From NCBI GenBank assembly GCA_963707915.1, contig OY970178.1, forward strand, positions 64,001-128,000: a stretch of DNA of 64,000 nucleotides. Reading direction: 5' to 3'. A program made the position numbers and the translations under genes. A model generated the notes under the pieces. It saw only the letters and a program-made list of their open reading frames with translations. It searched no databases and was not told the DNA's origin. Position 1 is the stretch's first letter, and each line of letters opens with the position of its first letter. This document shows, piece after piece, positions 49,487-59,193 of the stretch. The stretch is from Candidatus Eiseniibacteriota bacterium. GTDB taxonomy: Bacteria; Eisenbacteria; RBG-16-71-46.

Positions 49487-50842
49487 ATGAGCCAGGTCAA
49501 GATCCACCTGAACGAGCGCGACATGCCGCGCCAGTGGTACAACATCGTGGCCGACCTGCCGAAGCCGCTGCCCGCGGTGCTCCACCCCGGCACGAAGCAG
49601 CCCGTCGGTCCCGAAGACCTGGCTCCGATCTTCCCGATGGGCCTGATCCTGCAGGAGGTCAGCCAGGAGCGCTACGTCGACATCCCCGAGGAGGTGCTGG
49701 ACATCTACCGGGTCTGGCGCCCCACGCCGCTGGTGCGGGCCCGCCGCCTCGAGCAGGCGCTCGGCACCCCCGCGCACATCTACTACAAGTGGGAAGGCGT
49801 GAGCCCCGCCGGCAGCCACAAGCCGAACACCGCGGTGCCGCAGGCCTATTACAACAAGGTCGAGGGCGTGAAGCGGCTCACCACCGAGACCGGCGCCGGC
49901 CAGTGGGGCAGCGCGCTCGCGTTCGCCTGCAGCCTGTTCGAAATGGAGTGCAAGGTCTACATGGTGCGGGTGAGCTACGAGCAGAAGCCCTATCGACGAC
50001 TGCTGATGGAGGCCTGGGGGGCGTCCTGTGTCTCGAGCCCGAGCGACCAGACCGGCGTCGGACGGGCCATCCGGGAGCGCGATCCGGATTCGCCCGGCTC
50101 GCTGGGCATCGCCATCAGCGAGGCGGTCGAGGAGGCCGGCTCGCGCGCGGACACCAACTACTCGCTGGGCAGCGTGCTGAACCACGTCATGCTGCACCAG
50201 ACCGTCATCGGGCTCGAGACCCACAAGCAGCTCGAGCTGGCCGGCGACTACCCCGACGTGATCGTCGGCTGCGTTGGCGGCGGCTCGAACTTCGCCGGGC
50301 TGGCGCTGCCGTTCGTGCGGGACAAGATCACGGCGGGGAGGAAGACGCGCATCGTCGCGGCGGAGCCGGCCGCCTGCCCGAGCCTCACGCGGGGGCTCTA
50401 CCGGTACGATTTCGGCGATTCGGCCGGCCTGACGCCGCTGCTGAAGATGCACACGCTGGGGCACGACTTCATGCCGCCGCCGATCCACGCGGGCGGGCTG
50501 CGCTACCACGGCATGGCGCCGATCCTGTGCCACCTCTACGACCTCGGCCTGATCGAGGCGCAGTCGCACCAGCAGAACGCGGTGTTCCGGTCGGCGGTGC
50601 TCTTCGCGCGCACCGAGGGACACCTGCCCGCCCCGGAGACGGCGCACGCCATCCACGGGGCGGTGGTCGAGGCGCTGCGCTGCCGGGAGAGCGGCGAGAA
50701 GCAGACCATCGTGTTCGGCGCCAGCGGGCACGGGCACTTCGACCTGGCCTCGTACCAGAAGTACTTCGCCGGGGAGCTCGTCGACCACGAGTACCCCGAG
50801 GAGCTGATCCGCAGGGCGCAGGCCTCGCTGCCGGTGGTCTGA
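49487..50842 (+). CDS. trpB2: TrpB2 (TrpB-like PLP enzyme, tryptophan synthase beta type 2)
   Basis: Motifs 'WYNIVADLP', 'WRPTPLVRA', '[11 protein letters not shown]', 'TETGAGQWG', '[10 protein letters not shown]' and 'HAGGLRYHG'. Confidence 0.94.
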   Translation: MSQVKIHLNERDMPRQWYNIVADLPKPLPAVLHPGTKQPVGPEDLAPIFPMGLILQEVSQERYVDIPEEVLDIYRVWRPTPLVRARRLEQALGTPAHIYYKWEGVSPAGSHKPNTAVPQAYYNKVEGVKRLTTETGAGQWGSALAFACSLFEMECKVYMVRVSYEQKPYRRLLMEAWGASCVSSPSDQTGVGRAIRERDPDSPGSLGIAISEAVEEAGSRADTNYSLGSVLNHVMLHQTVIGLETHKQLELAGDYPDVIVGCVGGGSNFAGLALPFVRDKITAGRKTRIVAAEPAACPSLTRGLYRYDFGDSAGLTPLLKMHTLGHDFMPPPIHAGGLRYHGMAPILCHLYDLGLIEAQSHQQNAVFRSAVLFARTEGHLPAPETAHAIHGAVVEALRCRESGEKQTIVFGASGHGHFDLASYQKYFAGELVDHEYPEELIRRAQASLPVV

Positions 50843-50991
50843 GCGATCCAGGCGGGAGGGCGGACCCGGCGGGCCACGCCGGGTCCGCCGTGCGCCAGGC
50901 CTTTACTCGGCGCCCCGGCTCCTCTATACCTAGCAATCTCCGGAGCACCTTCGCAGGCGTCGCAGCCGATCCGAGGAGCGAAGCAGGGGCC

Positions 50992-52173
50992 TTGGCCGAC
51001 TTCATCCAGTTCGAGGACGTCTCACGACACTACGGCCGGGTGAAGGCCGTGGACGGCGTGACGCTGGGCATCCGCAAGGGGGAGTTCTTCTCGCTGCTCG
51101 GCCCCAGCGGCTGCGGCAAGACCACCCTGCTGCGCATGCTGGCGGGCTTCGAGCGCCCCGACCGGGGCCGCGTCTGGCTCGACGGCCACGACATCACCGA
51201 CCTGCCGCCCGAGCGGCGCAAGGTCAACACCATCTTCCAGAACTACGCGCTGTTCCCGCACCTCACCGTGCGCCAGAACATCGCCTTCGGCCTCACCGTC
51301 GCGCACCGCCCCCGGCGCGAGGTGGACGACGAGGTCGAGAAGATGCTCGCTCTCATCCAGATGGGCGAGCACGCGGACAAGCGGACCGACCAGATCTCGG
51401 GCGGGCAGAAGCAGCGCGTGGCCATCGCGCGCGCCCTGATCAACAAGCCCGAGGTGCTGCTGCTCGACGAGCCGCTCGCCGCGCTCGACCTCAAGCTGCG
51501 CCAGCGGATGCTGATCGAACTCGACCTGGTCCACGACCAGGTCGGCATCACCTTCATCTTCGTCACGCACGACCAGGGCGAGGCCATGAGCCTGGCCGAC
51601 CGCGTGGCGGTCATGAACGAGGGCCGCATCGAGCAACTCGGCGCTCCCGCCGAGATCTACGAATCCCCGCGCACCAGCTTCGTCGCGGCCTTCATCGGCG
51701 ACAGCAACTTCTTCGAGGGGGTGGTGGCCGAGGTGGTGGATTTCGAGCACGTGCGGCTCGCCATCGACGGCTTCCCCGACGTGCTGGCCTTCAACGACAA
51801 GGGGCTCGCGGCCGGCGACCGCGTCTTCCTGAGCGTGCGTCCGGAGAAGATCCGCATCGCGCGCGAGCGTCCGGGCGGCAGCGCCGACCACAACATCGCG
51901 CGCGCGGTGGTGGAGGACGCCATCTACCTGGGGACCCACACCAAGTACTGGGTGCGCGCGGACGAGTACCGCCTGGCGGTGGAGCAGCAGCACAACCGCT
52001 TCGTGCTGGACGAGCAGCCGATCCGCTGGAAGGACGAGGTCTGGATCCAGTGGCACGTGGACGACGGCTTCATGCTCGAGCGCTACGCCGAGCGCGACGA
52101 GGCGCTGATGGGGCTCCCGCCGCAGCGCGTGGGCGAGGGGGACGCGCCGCCGCCGGAGGCCGGGGGTGGCTGA
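50992..52173 (+). CDS. potA: Spermidine/putrescine ABC transporter ATP-binding subunit
   Basis: TTG start inferred. Walker A GPSGCGKTT, 'FQNYALFPH', 'ISGGQKQR', 'LLLDEPLAALDLKLR' and a C-terminal TOBE domain. Confidence 0.9.
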   Translation: MADFIQFEDVSRHYGRVKAVDGVTLGIRKGEFFSLLGPSGCGKTTLLRMLAGFERPDRGRVWLDGHDITDLPPERRKVNTIFQNYALFPHLTVRQNIAFGLTVAHRPRREVDDEVEKMLALIQMGEHADKRTDQISGGQKQRVAIARALINKPEVLLLDEPLAALDLKLRQRMLIELDLVHDQVGITFIFVTHDQGEAMSLADRVAVMNEGRIEQLGAPAEIYESPRTSFVAAFIGDSNFFEGVVAEVVDFEHVRLAIDGFPDVLAFNDKGLAAGDRVFLSVRPEKIRIARERPGGSADHNIARAVVEDAIYLGTHTKYWVRADEYRLAVEQQHNRFVLDEQPIRWKDEVWIQWHVDDGFMLERYAERDEALMGLPPQRVGEGDAPPPEAGGG

Positions 52174-53044
52174 GGCGCGCGGCCTGCTGGAGCGGCGGCA
52201 CGAGCCGTGGGTGACGCTGCCGTCGCTGCTCTGGCTGGTCGTCCTGTTCGCGGTGCCGGCGGTGATCGTGTTCGCGATCGCGCTGCGCCCCACCGACCCC
52301 TACGGCGGGATCGGGGCGGGCTGGACGCTGCAGACCGTGCGCAGCCTCGGGAACCCCAGCTACCCGTCGATCCTGTGGCGCACCCTGTGGCTCTCCGCGC
52401 TCACCACCGCGATCTGCCTGCTGCTGGCCACGCCGGTGGCCTATGTCATGGCCCGCGCCCCGGCGCGCTGGCGCTACGGGTTGCTGCTCGCGGTGATCGT
52501 GCCGTTCTGGACCAGCTTCCTGGTGCGCATCTTCGCCTGGAAGGTCGTGCTCCATCCCGAGGGCGCGCTCAAGCACCTGCTGGTGGCGCTGCGTCTCCTG
52601 CCGGCGGACGCCTCGCTGCTCTACAACGCGGGGGCGGTGCTGCTGGTGCTGGTCTACACCGAGCTGCCGTTCGCCATCCTGCCGATCTACGCCGCGGCGG
52701 AGAAGTTCGACTTCCGCCTGCTCGAGGTCGCACGCGACCTTGGGGCCGGACCGCTGCGCACGTTCTGGAGCGTGTTCCTGCCCGGCATCCGGCGCGGCCT
52801 GCTCACCGCCATGCTGGTGACCCTGATCCCGGCGCTCGGCTCGTACGTGGTGCCCGACCTGGTCGGCGGTCCCACCAGCGAGATGCTCGGCAACAAGATC
52901 GCCCAGCGCACCTTCGTGGACCGCAACCTGCCGCACGCCAGCGCGCTCTCCGCGCTGCTGGCCTTCGCCGTGCTCATCCCCTCGATCGCCGCCATCGCCC
53001 TCGAGCGCGGCCGCCGCGTCCGTGGCAAGGAGGTGCAGGCGTGA
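52166..53044 (+). CDS. potB: Spermidine/putrescine ABC permease
   Basis: Motifs 'PFWTSFLVR', 'LPFAILPIY' and 'EVARDLGA'. Confidence 0.9.
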   Translation: MAEARGLLERRHEPWVTLPSLLWLVVLFAVPAVIVFAIALRPTDPYGGIGAGWTLQTVRSLGNPSYPSILWRTLWLSALTTAICLLLATPVAYVMARAPARWRYGLLLAVIVPFWTSFLVRIFAWKVVLHPEGALKHLLVALRLLPADASLLYNAGAVLLVLVYTELPFAILPIYAAAEKFDFRLLEVARDLGAGPLRTFWSVFLPGIRRGLLTAMLVTLIPALGSYVVPDLVGGPTSEMLGNKIAQRTFVDRNLPHASALSALLAFAVLIPSIAAIALERGRRVRGKEVQA

Positions 53045-53812
53045 AGCGCAGCCTCACGCCGGTGGTGGTCACCGCGCTGGTGCTGGCGTTCTTCTACCTG
53101 CCGGTCGCCGTGCTGGTGCTGAATTCCTTCAATGCCTCGCGGTTCGGCGGCGAGTGGGGCGGGTTCACGCTGGACTGGTACCGGCGGCTGTGGCGGGCGA
53201 GCGAGATCTGGCAGGCGCTGGGCAATACCGCTGCTCATCGCCACCGCGAGCACCGCGATCTCCACCGTGATCGGCACCACCGCCGCGTTCGCGCTCGACC
53301 GCTACCGCAGCCGCATGCAGGACGTCCACTACCTGCTGGTCTACGCGCCGCTGGTCGTCCCCGAGATCCTGATGGGCATGAGCCTGCTGCTGTTCTTCGT
53401 CGCGCTCCGCCTGCAGCTCGGCTATCTTACGATCGTCGTGTCGCACGTCACCTTCTGCGTCAGCTACGTGGCCATGGTGGTGCTCGGCCGGCTTCAGGAC
53501 TTCGACTGGGGCCTGGTCGAGGCCGCGCAGGACCTCGGCGCCGGGACCTGGACCGCGGTCCGGCGCGTGGTGCTGCCGCTGCTGGCGCCGGGGATCGCCT
53601 CCGGCGCGCTGCTGGCGTTCACGCTGTCGGTGGACGATTTCGTCATCACCTTCTTCGTGGCGGGCCCGGGCACGACCACGCTGCCGCTGCGCATCTACAG
53701 CATGATCAAGCACGGCTCGCCGCCGCTCATCAACGCGCTGTCCACGTTGCTGCTCGCTCTCACCGTCGCGACCGTCTGGCTGAGCCAGCGGTTGATCAAG
53801 GAGAGGACATGA
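53041..53812 (+). CDS. potC: Spermidine/putrescine ABC permease, frameshifted near 53230
   Basis: GTG start 'KRSLTP...FYLPV...NSFN...GFTLDWY...ALGN' in one frame. Continues 'LLIATAST...PEI...EAAQDLGA...SVDDF' in the next frame. Confidence 0.85.
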
Positions 53813-54849
53813 CTGGGAGATCCGCCTGGATGCTGGCCGCGCTCGCGGCACTCGGTCTCGCCGCGGGATGCGCCGGGCCGGATGCGAAGATCCTGCACGT
53901 CTACACCTGGGCCGACTACATCAAGCCGGAGGTGGTGCAGCGCTTCGAGCAGGCGAACGGCTGCAAGGTCGTCATCGACACCTTCGACTCGAACGAGGCC
54001 ATGTACGCCAAGCTCAAGGCCGGGGCCTCGGGCTACGACATCGTGACCCCCTCGAGCTACATGGTGGCGATCATGTCGCAGCAGGACATGCTGCTGAAGC
54101 TCGACCACCGGAAGCTGCCGAACCTGGTGAACGTGGACCCCGGGTACCTCAAGATCGCGCTCGACCCGCGGATGGACCACAGCGTGCCCTACATGCTCAC
54201 CAACAGCGGCTTCGCGTACCTGAAGAGCAAGGTGAAGGACGTGCAGCCGACCTGGGCCGTGTTCGACCGCGCCGACCTCAAGGGTCGCATGACCATGCTC
54301 AACGACATGCGCGAGACCATCGGCGCGGCGCTCAAGTTCCTGGGCTACAGCCTCAACACGACGAACGACCGGGAGCTGGAGCAGGCGCGCGACGTGGTCA
54401 TCCGCTGGAAGAAGAACCTCGCCAAGTTCGAGAACGAGCAGTACAAGAGCGGCATCGCTTCGGGCGAGTTCCTCCTGGTCCACGGCTACAGCGGCGACCT
54501 GGTGCAGGCCCAGAACGAGAACCCCGACGTGACCTTCCTGGCGCCGCGCGAGGGGCTGTCCATCGCCTGCGACGACCTGGTCATCCTGAGGGACTCGAAG
54601 GCGGCGGGACTGGCGCACAAGTTCATCGACTTCCTGCACGATCCCAAGGTGGCGGCGGAGAACAGCGTCTTCATCAGCTACCTGTGCCCGAACGCGCCCG
54701 CCTACCCGTTCCTGCCCGAGGCGTTCCGGAACAACCCCGCGGTGAAGCTCGACCCCGCGGTGCAGGCGAAGTGCGAAGTGATCCGCGACCTGGGTCCCGA
54801 CAACGCGAAGTACACGCGCGCCTGGGACCAGATCAAGGCAGCGCCATGA
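53809..54849 (+). CDS. potD: Spermidine/putrescine-binding lipoprotein
   Basis: Lipobox LAAGC. Motifs 'YTWADYI', 'FDSNEAMYAKL', 'YDIVTPS' and 'DMRE'. Confidence 0.9.
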   Translation: MTGRSAWMLAALAALGLAAGCAGPDAKILHVYTWADYIKPEVVQRFEQANGCKVVIDTFDSNEAMYAKLKAGASGYDIVTPSSYMVAIMSQQDMLLKLDHRKLPNLVNVDPGYLKIALDPRMDHSVPYMLTNSGFAYLKSKVKDVQPTWAVFDRADLKGRMTMLNDMRETIGAALKFLGYSLNTTNDRELEQARDVVIRWKKNLAKFENEQYKSGIASGEFLLVHGYSGDLVQAQNENPDVTFLAPREGLSIACDDLVILRDSKAAGLAHKFIDFLHDPKVAAENSVFISYLCPNAPAYPFLPEAFRNNPAVKLDPAVQAKCEVIRDLGPDNAKYTRAWDQIKAAP

Positions 54850-56279
54850 CGGAGGTGACGATGCAGACGAGGGGGAGCGGGGTTGCCCGGGCGTTCGCCG
54901 GGCTGTGGCTGGGCTGCGCGCTGCTGGCGTGGTCGCCCGGGGCGGCACGGGCCGCGGACGAGGCCGCGGCGGAACCGGCCGGCGCGGTGCCGGATGGGTT
55001 CTCGTTCGGCGCCGAGGCGACCACGTCGTACCACTACGTGAACCACCCGTACTTCGGCGCGGACTGGGGCATCGAGGTCCCCGTCGGCAAGGCGCCGGCG
55101 AACTTCTCCTGGGGCGAAGGCTTCACCCGCATTCGGGTGAACTACGGCCTGCCGCAGGGCCTGTGGACGAGCGTCGGCGGCGTGCTGTCGGCCACGGCCT
55201 CGACCGACTACTACGGCGTGGACGGCGTCGGCGACGGGATGCTCGACCAGTTGCTGGTGGGGGCGTCGCGCATCGGCGGGACCGGGCTGAGCGTGGTGGC
55301 CGGCCGGCAGGACCTGCAGGTGGGCGACGGCTTCCTGATCGGCGACGGCTACCGCGACAGCCGGGCCGCGCTGTGGAACATCCCGCTCAACTTCTACGAC
55401 GGGGTGCGCGCCGACTGGACGCAGGGCCCGTGGCACGCCCTCGCCTTCGGGACGCAGTTGTCGCCTTCGTTCAGCGAAGCGGTGACCGTCATGCCGGTGG
55501 ACGCGGAGGGGGCCCCGGACCCGGAGGGCGCGGAAGTCACGCTCACGCTGCGCCCCAAGGGCAACCTGTACGGCGGCGAAGTCGGCTGGAGCGCGGGGGA
55601 GGACCGCGCGCTCGCGCTCGGCTACTTCCAGCGCGTGGACGACGGGACCACGGACCTGGATCCGCGGGCGATCTCGTTGCGCGGGTCGTGGGGTGCGGGC
55701 GGCCTCACCCTGGCGGGCGAGCTGGTCGGCGAATCGGGAACGCTCGGAACCGTGGACCTCAAGGGCCGTGGCGGCCACCTCGGCCTGACGTACGCACCCG
55801 CGGGGAAGGGGGACCCGTACTCCCAGCTCGAGTACTTCTACTTCTCGGGCGACGATCCCGCCACCCCCGCGAACGAGGGGTTCTACCCCTGGAACTACCG
55901 CTGGACCGACTGGTCGCGCTACTACGTATCGGACCTCATGGCCTCGACGCTGGTCTTCAACAACGATGCCCGGATCTGGAAGCTCGAGTTCGGCTATACG
56001 CCGCTCGAGAACACCGGCCTGAGGCTGCTGCTCCACCGCATCGGCCTCGACACCGGTTCCAGCTTCGGCGGGCTGCCGGAGGGAGTGGGCCACGCGTTCT
56101 CCGACGAGGCCTGCCTGGTCGTGGACCAGGCCCTGGGCGGGGGATGGAGCGCGTGGGTGATGGGCGGCTACGCGCGTCCGCTCGAGGCCGCGAAGGCGCT
56201 GGTGGGCGAGGCGCCGTCCGGCCAGCTGTTCGTGAGCCTCACCTACAAGTTCGACAGCGCCGGCGGCTCGGAAGACTGA
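54846..56279 (+). CDS. Outer-membrane beta-barrel protein (alginate-export AlgE-like)
   Basis: ATGA overlap with potD and a signal peptide. Motifs 'AGRQDLQVGDGFLIGDG', 'DGVRAD' and 'YFSGDDP'. Aromatic 'LTYKF' near the C-terminus. Confidence 0.72.
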   Translation: MTEVTMQTRGSGVARAFAGLWLGCALLAWSPGAARAADEAAAEPAGAVPDGFSFGAEATTSYHYVNHPYFGADWGIEVPVGKAPANFSWGEGFTRIRVNYGLPQGLWTSVGGVLSATASTDYYGVDGVGDGMLDQLLVGASRIGGTGLSVVAGRQDLQVGDGFLIGDGYRDSRAALWNIPLNFYDGVRADWTQGPWHALAFGTQLSPSFSEAVTVMPVDAEGAPDPEGAEVTLTLRPKGNLYGGEVGWSAGEDRALALGYFQRVDDGTTDLDPRAISLRGSWGAGGLTLAGELVGESGTLGTVDLKGRGGHLGLTYAPAGKGDPYSQLEYFYFSGDDPATPANEGFYPWNYRWTDWSRYYVSDLMASTLVFNNDARIWKLEFGYTPLENTGLRLLLHRIGLDTGSSFGGLPEGVGHAFSDEACLVVDQALGGGWSAWVMGGYARPLEAAKALVGEAPSGQLFVSLTYKFDSAGGSED

Positions 56280-56352
56280 CGCCGGCGTGCGTGGGCGGGC
56301 GGCCGCGGCGGCAGCCGGGGCCGCCCGCCGTCCTTGCGGCCGCGCGCGCGTG

Positions 56353-57201
56353 TCACCCCAGCCCCGTCCCCAGCCCGCCCCGCAGCGCGAGCCCGAGGGA
56401 CAGCGCCAGCGCCAGGGCGCACAGCACTCCCAGTGCCCGGAGCGCGAGCGCGGGGCGCGGACCGCCGAGCCGCCCGCTCAGCGGGACCACGGCGCCGATG
56501 AGCGCGCCGCTGGCGAGCCCCACGGCGTGGGCGACGTTGTCGGTCCCGAGCCGCGTGAAGCCCGACACCATGCCCTGCCCGAGCAGGAAGAGCAGCGCCG
56601 CGCCCAGCGCCCGGGCGCGCCCCGGGGCGAGCCGGTGTCGCAGGCGGAACGCGCCGGCCAGCAGGGCGCCCCCGAGGGCGAAGATCGCGCCCGAGGCTCC
56701 GACGCTCAGGTTGAGCGCCGATCCGTGCTGCGAGGTCCGCCACAGCAGGCTGCCCAGCGAAGCGGTGCCGCCGCCGAGCGCGAACACGATCCAGAAGGCC
56801 CAGCGCGTGAAGATGCGCTCGACCGCCGGTCCGAAGATCATCATGCTGGTGGCGTTGAAGAAGACGTGCGCGGCCCCCGCGTGAACGAAGGTCGAGGCCA
56901 GCAGGCGCCACGCGGTGTCGAGCGGGGCGAGCCCGGTGGCGTTCGCGCCCCAGAGCAGGTAGGCGGCCGGGTCGCCGATCTCGTTCCTCGCCGCCAGCAC
57001 GGCGAAGATCGAGGTCCACGCGAGCAGATGCAGCGCCGTGCCCCAGGGCGGCACGCCGCCCACGGCCGACCACAGCTCGACCGGCGGAGGTTCGTCGGGA
57101 TCGGGGGGCAGGAAGCCCGCGTCCTCGAGCCCCATGGATGCGGACTCGTCGGGATCGAAGGTGCTCGCGGGGCCGGTGACGTCGCGGCGGTCGTTCTCCA
57201 C
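56353..57201 (-). CDS. Rhomboid family intramembrane serine protease
   Basis: Motifs 'WRLLASTFVH', 'HVFFN', 'GASG' and 'AHAVG'. Start (GTG 57201 or ATG 57135) uncertain. Confidence 0.88.
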   Translation of the reverse strand: MENDRRDVTGPASTFDPDESASMGLEDAGFLPPDPDEPPPVELWSAVGGVPPWGTALHLLAWTSIFAVLAARNEIGDPAAYLLWGANATGLAPLDTAWRLLASTFVHAGAAHVFFNATSMMIFGPAVERIFTRWAFWIVFALGGGTASLGSLLWRTSQHGSALNLSVGASGAIFALGGALLAGAFRLRHRLAPGRARALGAALLFLLGQGMVSGFTRLGTDNVAHAVGLASGALIGAVVPLSGRLGGPRPALALRALGVLCALALALSLGLALRGGLGTGLG

Positions 57202-57391
57202 GCATCGCACTCTGCGCCCGGCCCGCGGGGTCGGGCAAGCCGGGCTCAGCCGGGCCGGTGTCGTCGCCCTGGAGCGCGAACTGCCGCAGGGCGTGTTCGA
57301 CCGGGCCCGCGTCGCCGTACGGTGTTGGCCTTTGAAGCCGTTGTGCGGCTTGATGTTGTAGTCTCCGCGGTCCCGCGACCGAGGACCCCGG

Positions 57392-57605
57392 TTGCCTTCC
57401 CGCCGCGGATGCCTCATAGTCTCCGCGTCTTCGGTTGATTGGGATGTGGGTACGACGTTTCGATTCCGCCAGGGACACCAACCCTGGCGTTTCTGTTCAC
57501 CCGCATCTCGTCAGCAGAAGTACCGGTCACTGTGACCGGCCGTCGCCGCCACGTGAATGGGCGGCAAAGAACAGGGTCCTCGGACCCGGCATCAAGGAGT
57601 TTCAA
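57392..57605 (+). promoter_or_regulatory. Probable promoter and ~180-nt structured 5' UTR of the cold-shock gene
   Basis: TTGCCT-17 bp-CATAGT (57392-57420), followed by several hairpins and an AAGGAG RBS. Confidence 0.55.
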
Positions 57606-57806
57606 GTGGCTCGTGGCACCGTGAAGTGGTTCAACGAAGCGAAGGGGTTCGGTTTCATCTCCCAGGAGGGTGGCGAGGACGTGTTCGTCCACTTCTCGGC
57701 GATCAGCGGCGACGGCTTCAAGACGCTGGCTGAGGGCGAGGCGCTCGAGTTCGATGTCACGCGTGGCCCGAAGGGCCTCCAGGCGGCGAACGTCCGCAAG
57801 GTGTAA
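57606..57806 (+). CDS. cspA: Cold-shock protein
   Basis: GTG start. Sequence '[15 protein letters not shown]...DVFVHFSAI...[10 protein letters not shown]'. Confidence 0.96.
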   Translation: MARGTVKWFNEAKGFGFISQEGGEDVFVHFSAISGDGFKTLAEGEALEFDVTRGPKGLQAANVRKV

Positions 57807-57885
57807 CCCGCTCCGGGTACCACTTCACGCCATCGAGGCGGCGTCCCCCCGGACGCCGCCTCAGGCGTATCCCGGCCCGAGGCCC

Positions 57886-59034
57886 TCAGCGCCCCAGCAG
57901 CGTGAGCAGGATCTCGAAGCCGATGAGCAGGACGATGACGATCTCCAGCATCTCGGCGCGCCGCGCCTGCGACTCGGCGTTCAGCATGCCGTAGCTGTCG
58001 CGCAGGATCGCGAGCTTGCGGTCGATGCCGCGCCGCCAGGTGCCCCCGCGGAAGATCTCGAGCGCGGCGGCATAGATGCGCGCCAGGAAGACGTCGTCCG
58101 TCACCTTGAGCGAGTTCTCGACCCGCTCGACCAGTTCCGTGGCGTCGGCGACCCGCGTCTGCAGGTCCGCCAGCACCCGGCTGAAGCCGCGCGCGAGCAG
58201 GTGGATGCCGCGCCGGGCGTCGGCGACCCGGGTGTAGATCTTCGGGATCTCGGCATCGAGCAGCGCGTCGTCGAACCGCAACTCGAGCAGCTGCGCGTTG
58301 GCGAACTCGAGGACGTACTGGACGTCGGTGTCCTCGGTGGCCGGCTCCACCACCAGCGCGGCGTTCCAGGTGAGCACCGCGAGGTCGTCCTCGAAGTACG
58401 AGAAGCGCTGCGACATCAGCTCGCGATGCGTCGCCGCAGAGAGCGGCCGCGATTCGCCCACCAGCAGCCGCGCGATGTCCTCGTCGCGCAGGGCGTCCGC
58501 CGGAAGCCGCGCGCCCGCGCCGTCCTCGAGGCGGTTCACGCGGAAGACGATGTAGTCCTCGGTCACCGGCGCCTCGCCCGGCCGCTCGATGGCCGGAGCG
58601 ATGCGCGCGATCAGGCGCTCGCGCACCCGGGCGAAGGCCTCCGCCCAGCCGGGGGCGGTGCTCACGGCCGCGCCGAAGGCGGCGAACTCGCTCCAGGCCA
58701 GGTCCGGCCGGGCCGCGAGCCGCGCCCGCAGGGAGACGACGCCGAAGTCGAAGAGGCGCGCCGAGAACTCGACCTCGCGCGCTTCGTCACCGACGACGAC
58801 CGTCTCGGCGCCGAGGCTCACCGTGACCGGCGGGTTCGGGATCTGGATGGTGTGGGCCTCGCCGCGCACCGGGCGTGGTCGCTCGGGGGCGCTCGAGGCC
58901 AGCAGGCCCACGAGCCGGTCGAGCCGGATCTCGTAGCCGACGTCGTAGAGGCGGTAGACGATGGCCTCGCCGTGCACGCGGGGCTCGGGGGCCGTGGCCG
59001 GCCGGGCGGGGGTTTCCATGGTGGGAAGCGGCAT
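57886..59034 (-). CDS. RMD1/DUF155-like protein with a C-terminal TM helix
   Basis: 'LFDFGVVS', a long helical region and C-terminal 'LEIVIVLLIGFEILL'. Start uncertain. Confidence 0.62.
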   Translation of the reverse strand: MPLPTMETPARPATAPEPRVHGEAIVYRLYDVGYEIRLDRLVGLLASSAPERPRPVRGEAHTIQIPNPPVTVSLGAETVVVGDEAREVEFSARLFDFGVVSLRARLAARPDLAWSEFAAFGAAVSTAPGWAEAFARVRERLIARIAPAIERPGEAPVTEDYIVFRVNRLEDGAGARLPADALRDEDIARLLVGESRPLSAATHRELMSQRFSYFEDDLAVLTWNAALVVEPATEDTDVQYVLEFANAQLLELRFDDALLDAEIPKIYTRVADARRGIHLLARGFSRVLADLQTRVADATELVERVENSLKVTDDVFLARIYAAALEIFRGGTWRRGIDRKLAILRDSYGMLNAESQARRAEMLEIVIVLLIGFEILLTLLGR

Positions 59035-59193
59035 GGGGACAGGATACGCCAGGGGAACGCCTGCCGTCGTCCGGGGAATCCGGGCGGTCCGGCAGGGGCT
59101 CACGGCGCCTTCGCCGTGCTAGTCTGACCGTCGCCTTCGGCGCCGATTCCGGCAGCCAGTGGACGTCGCGGACCAGGAGCCAACCAGGAGCCG

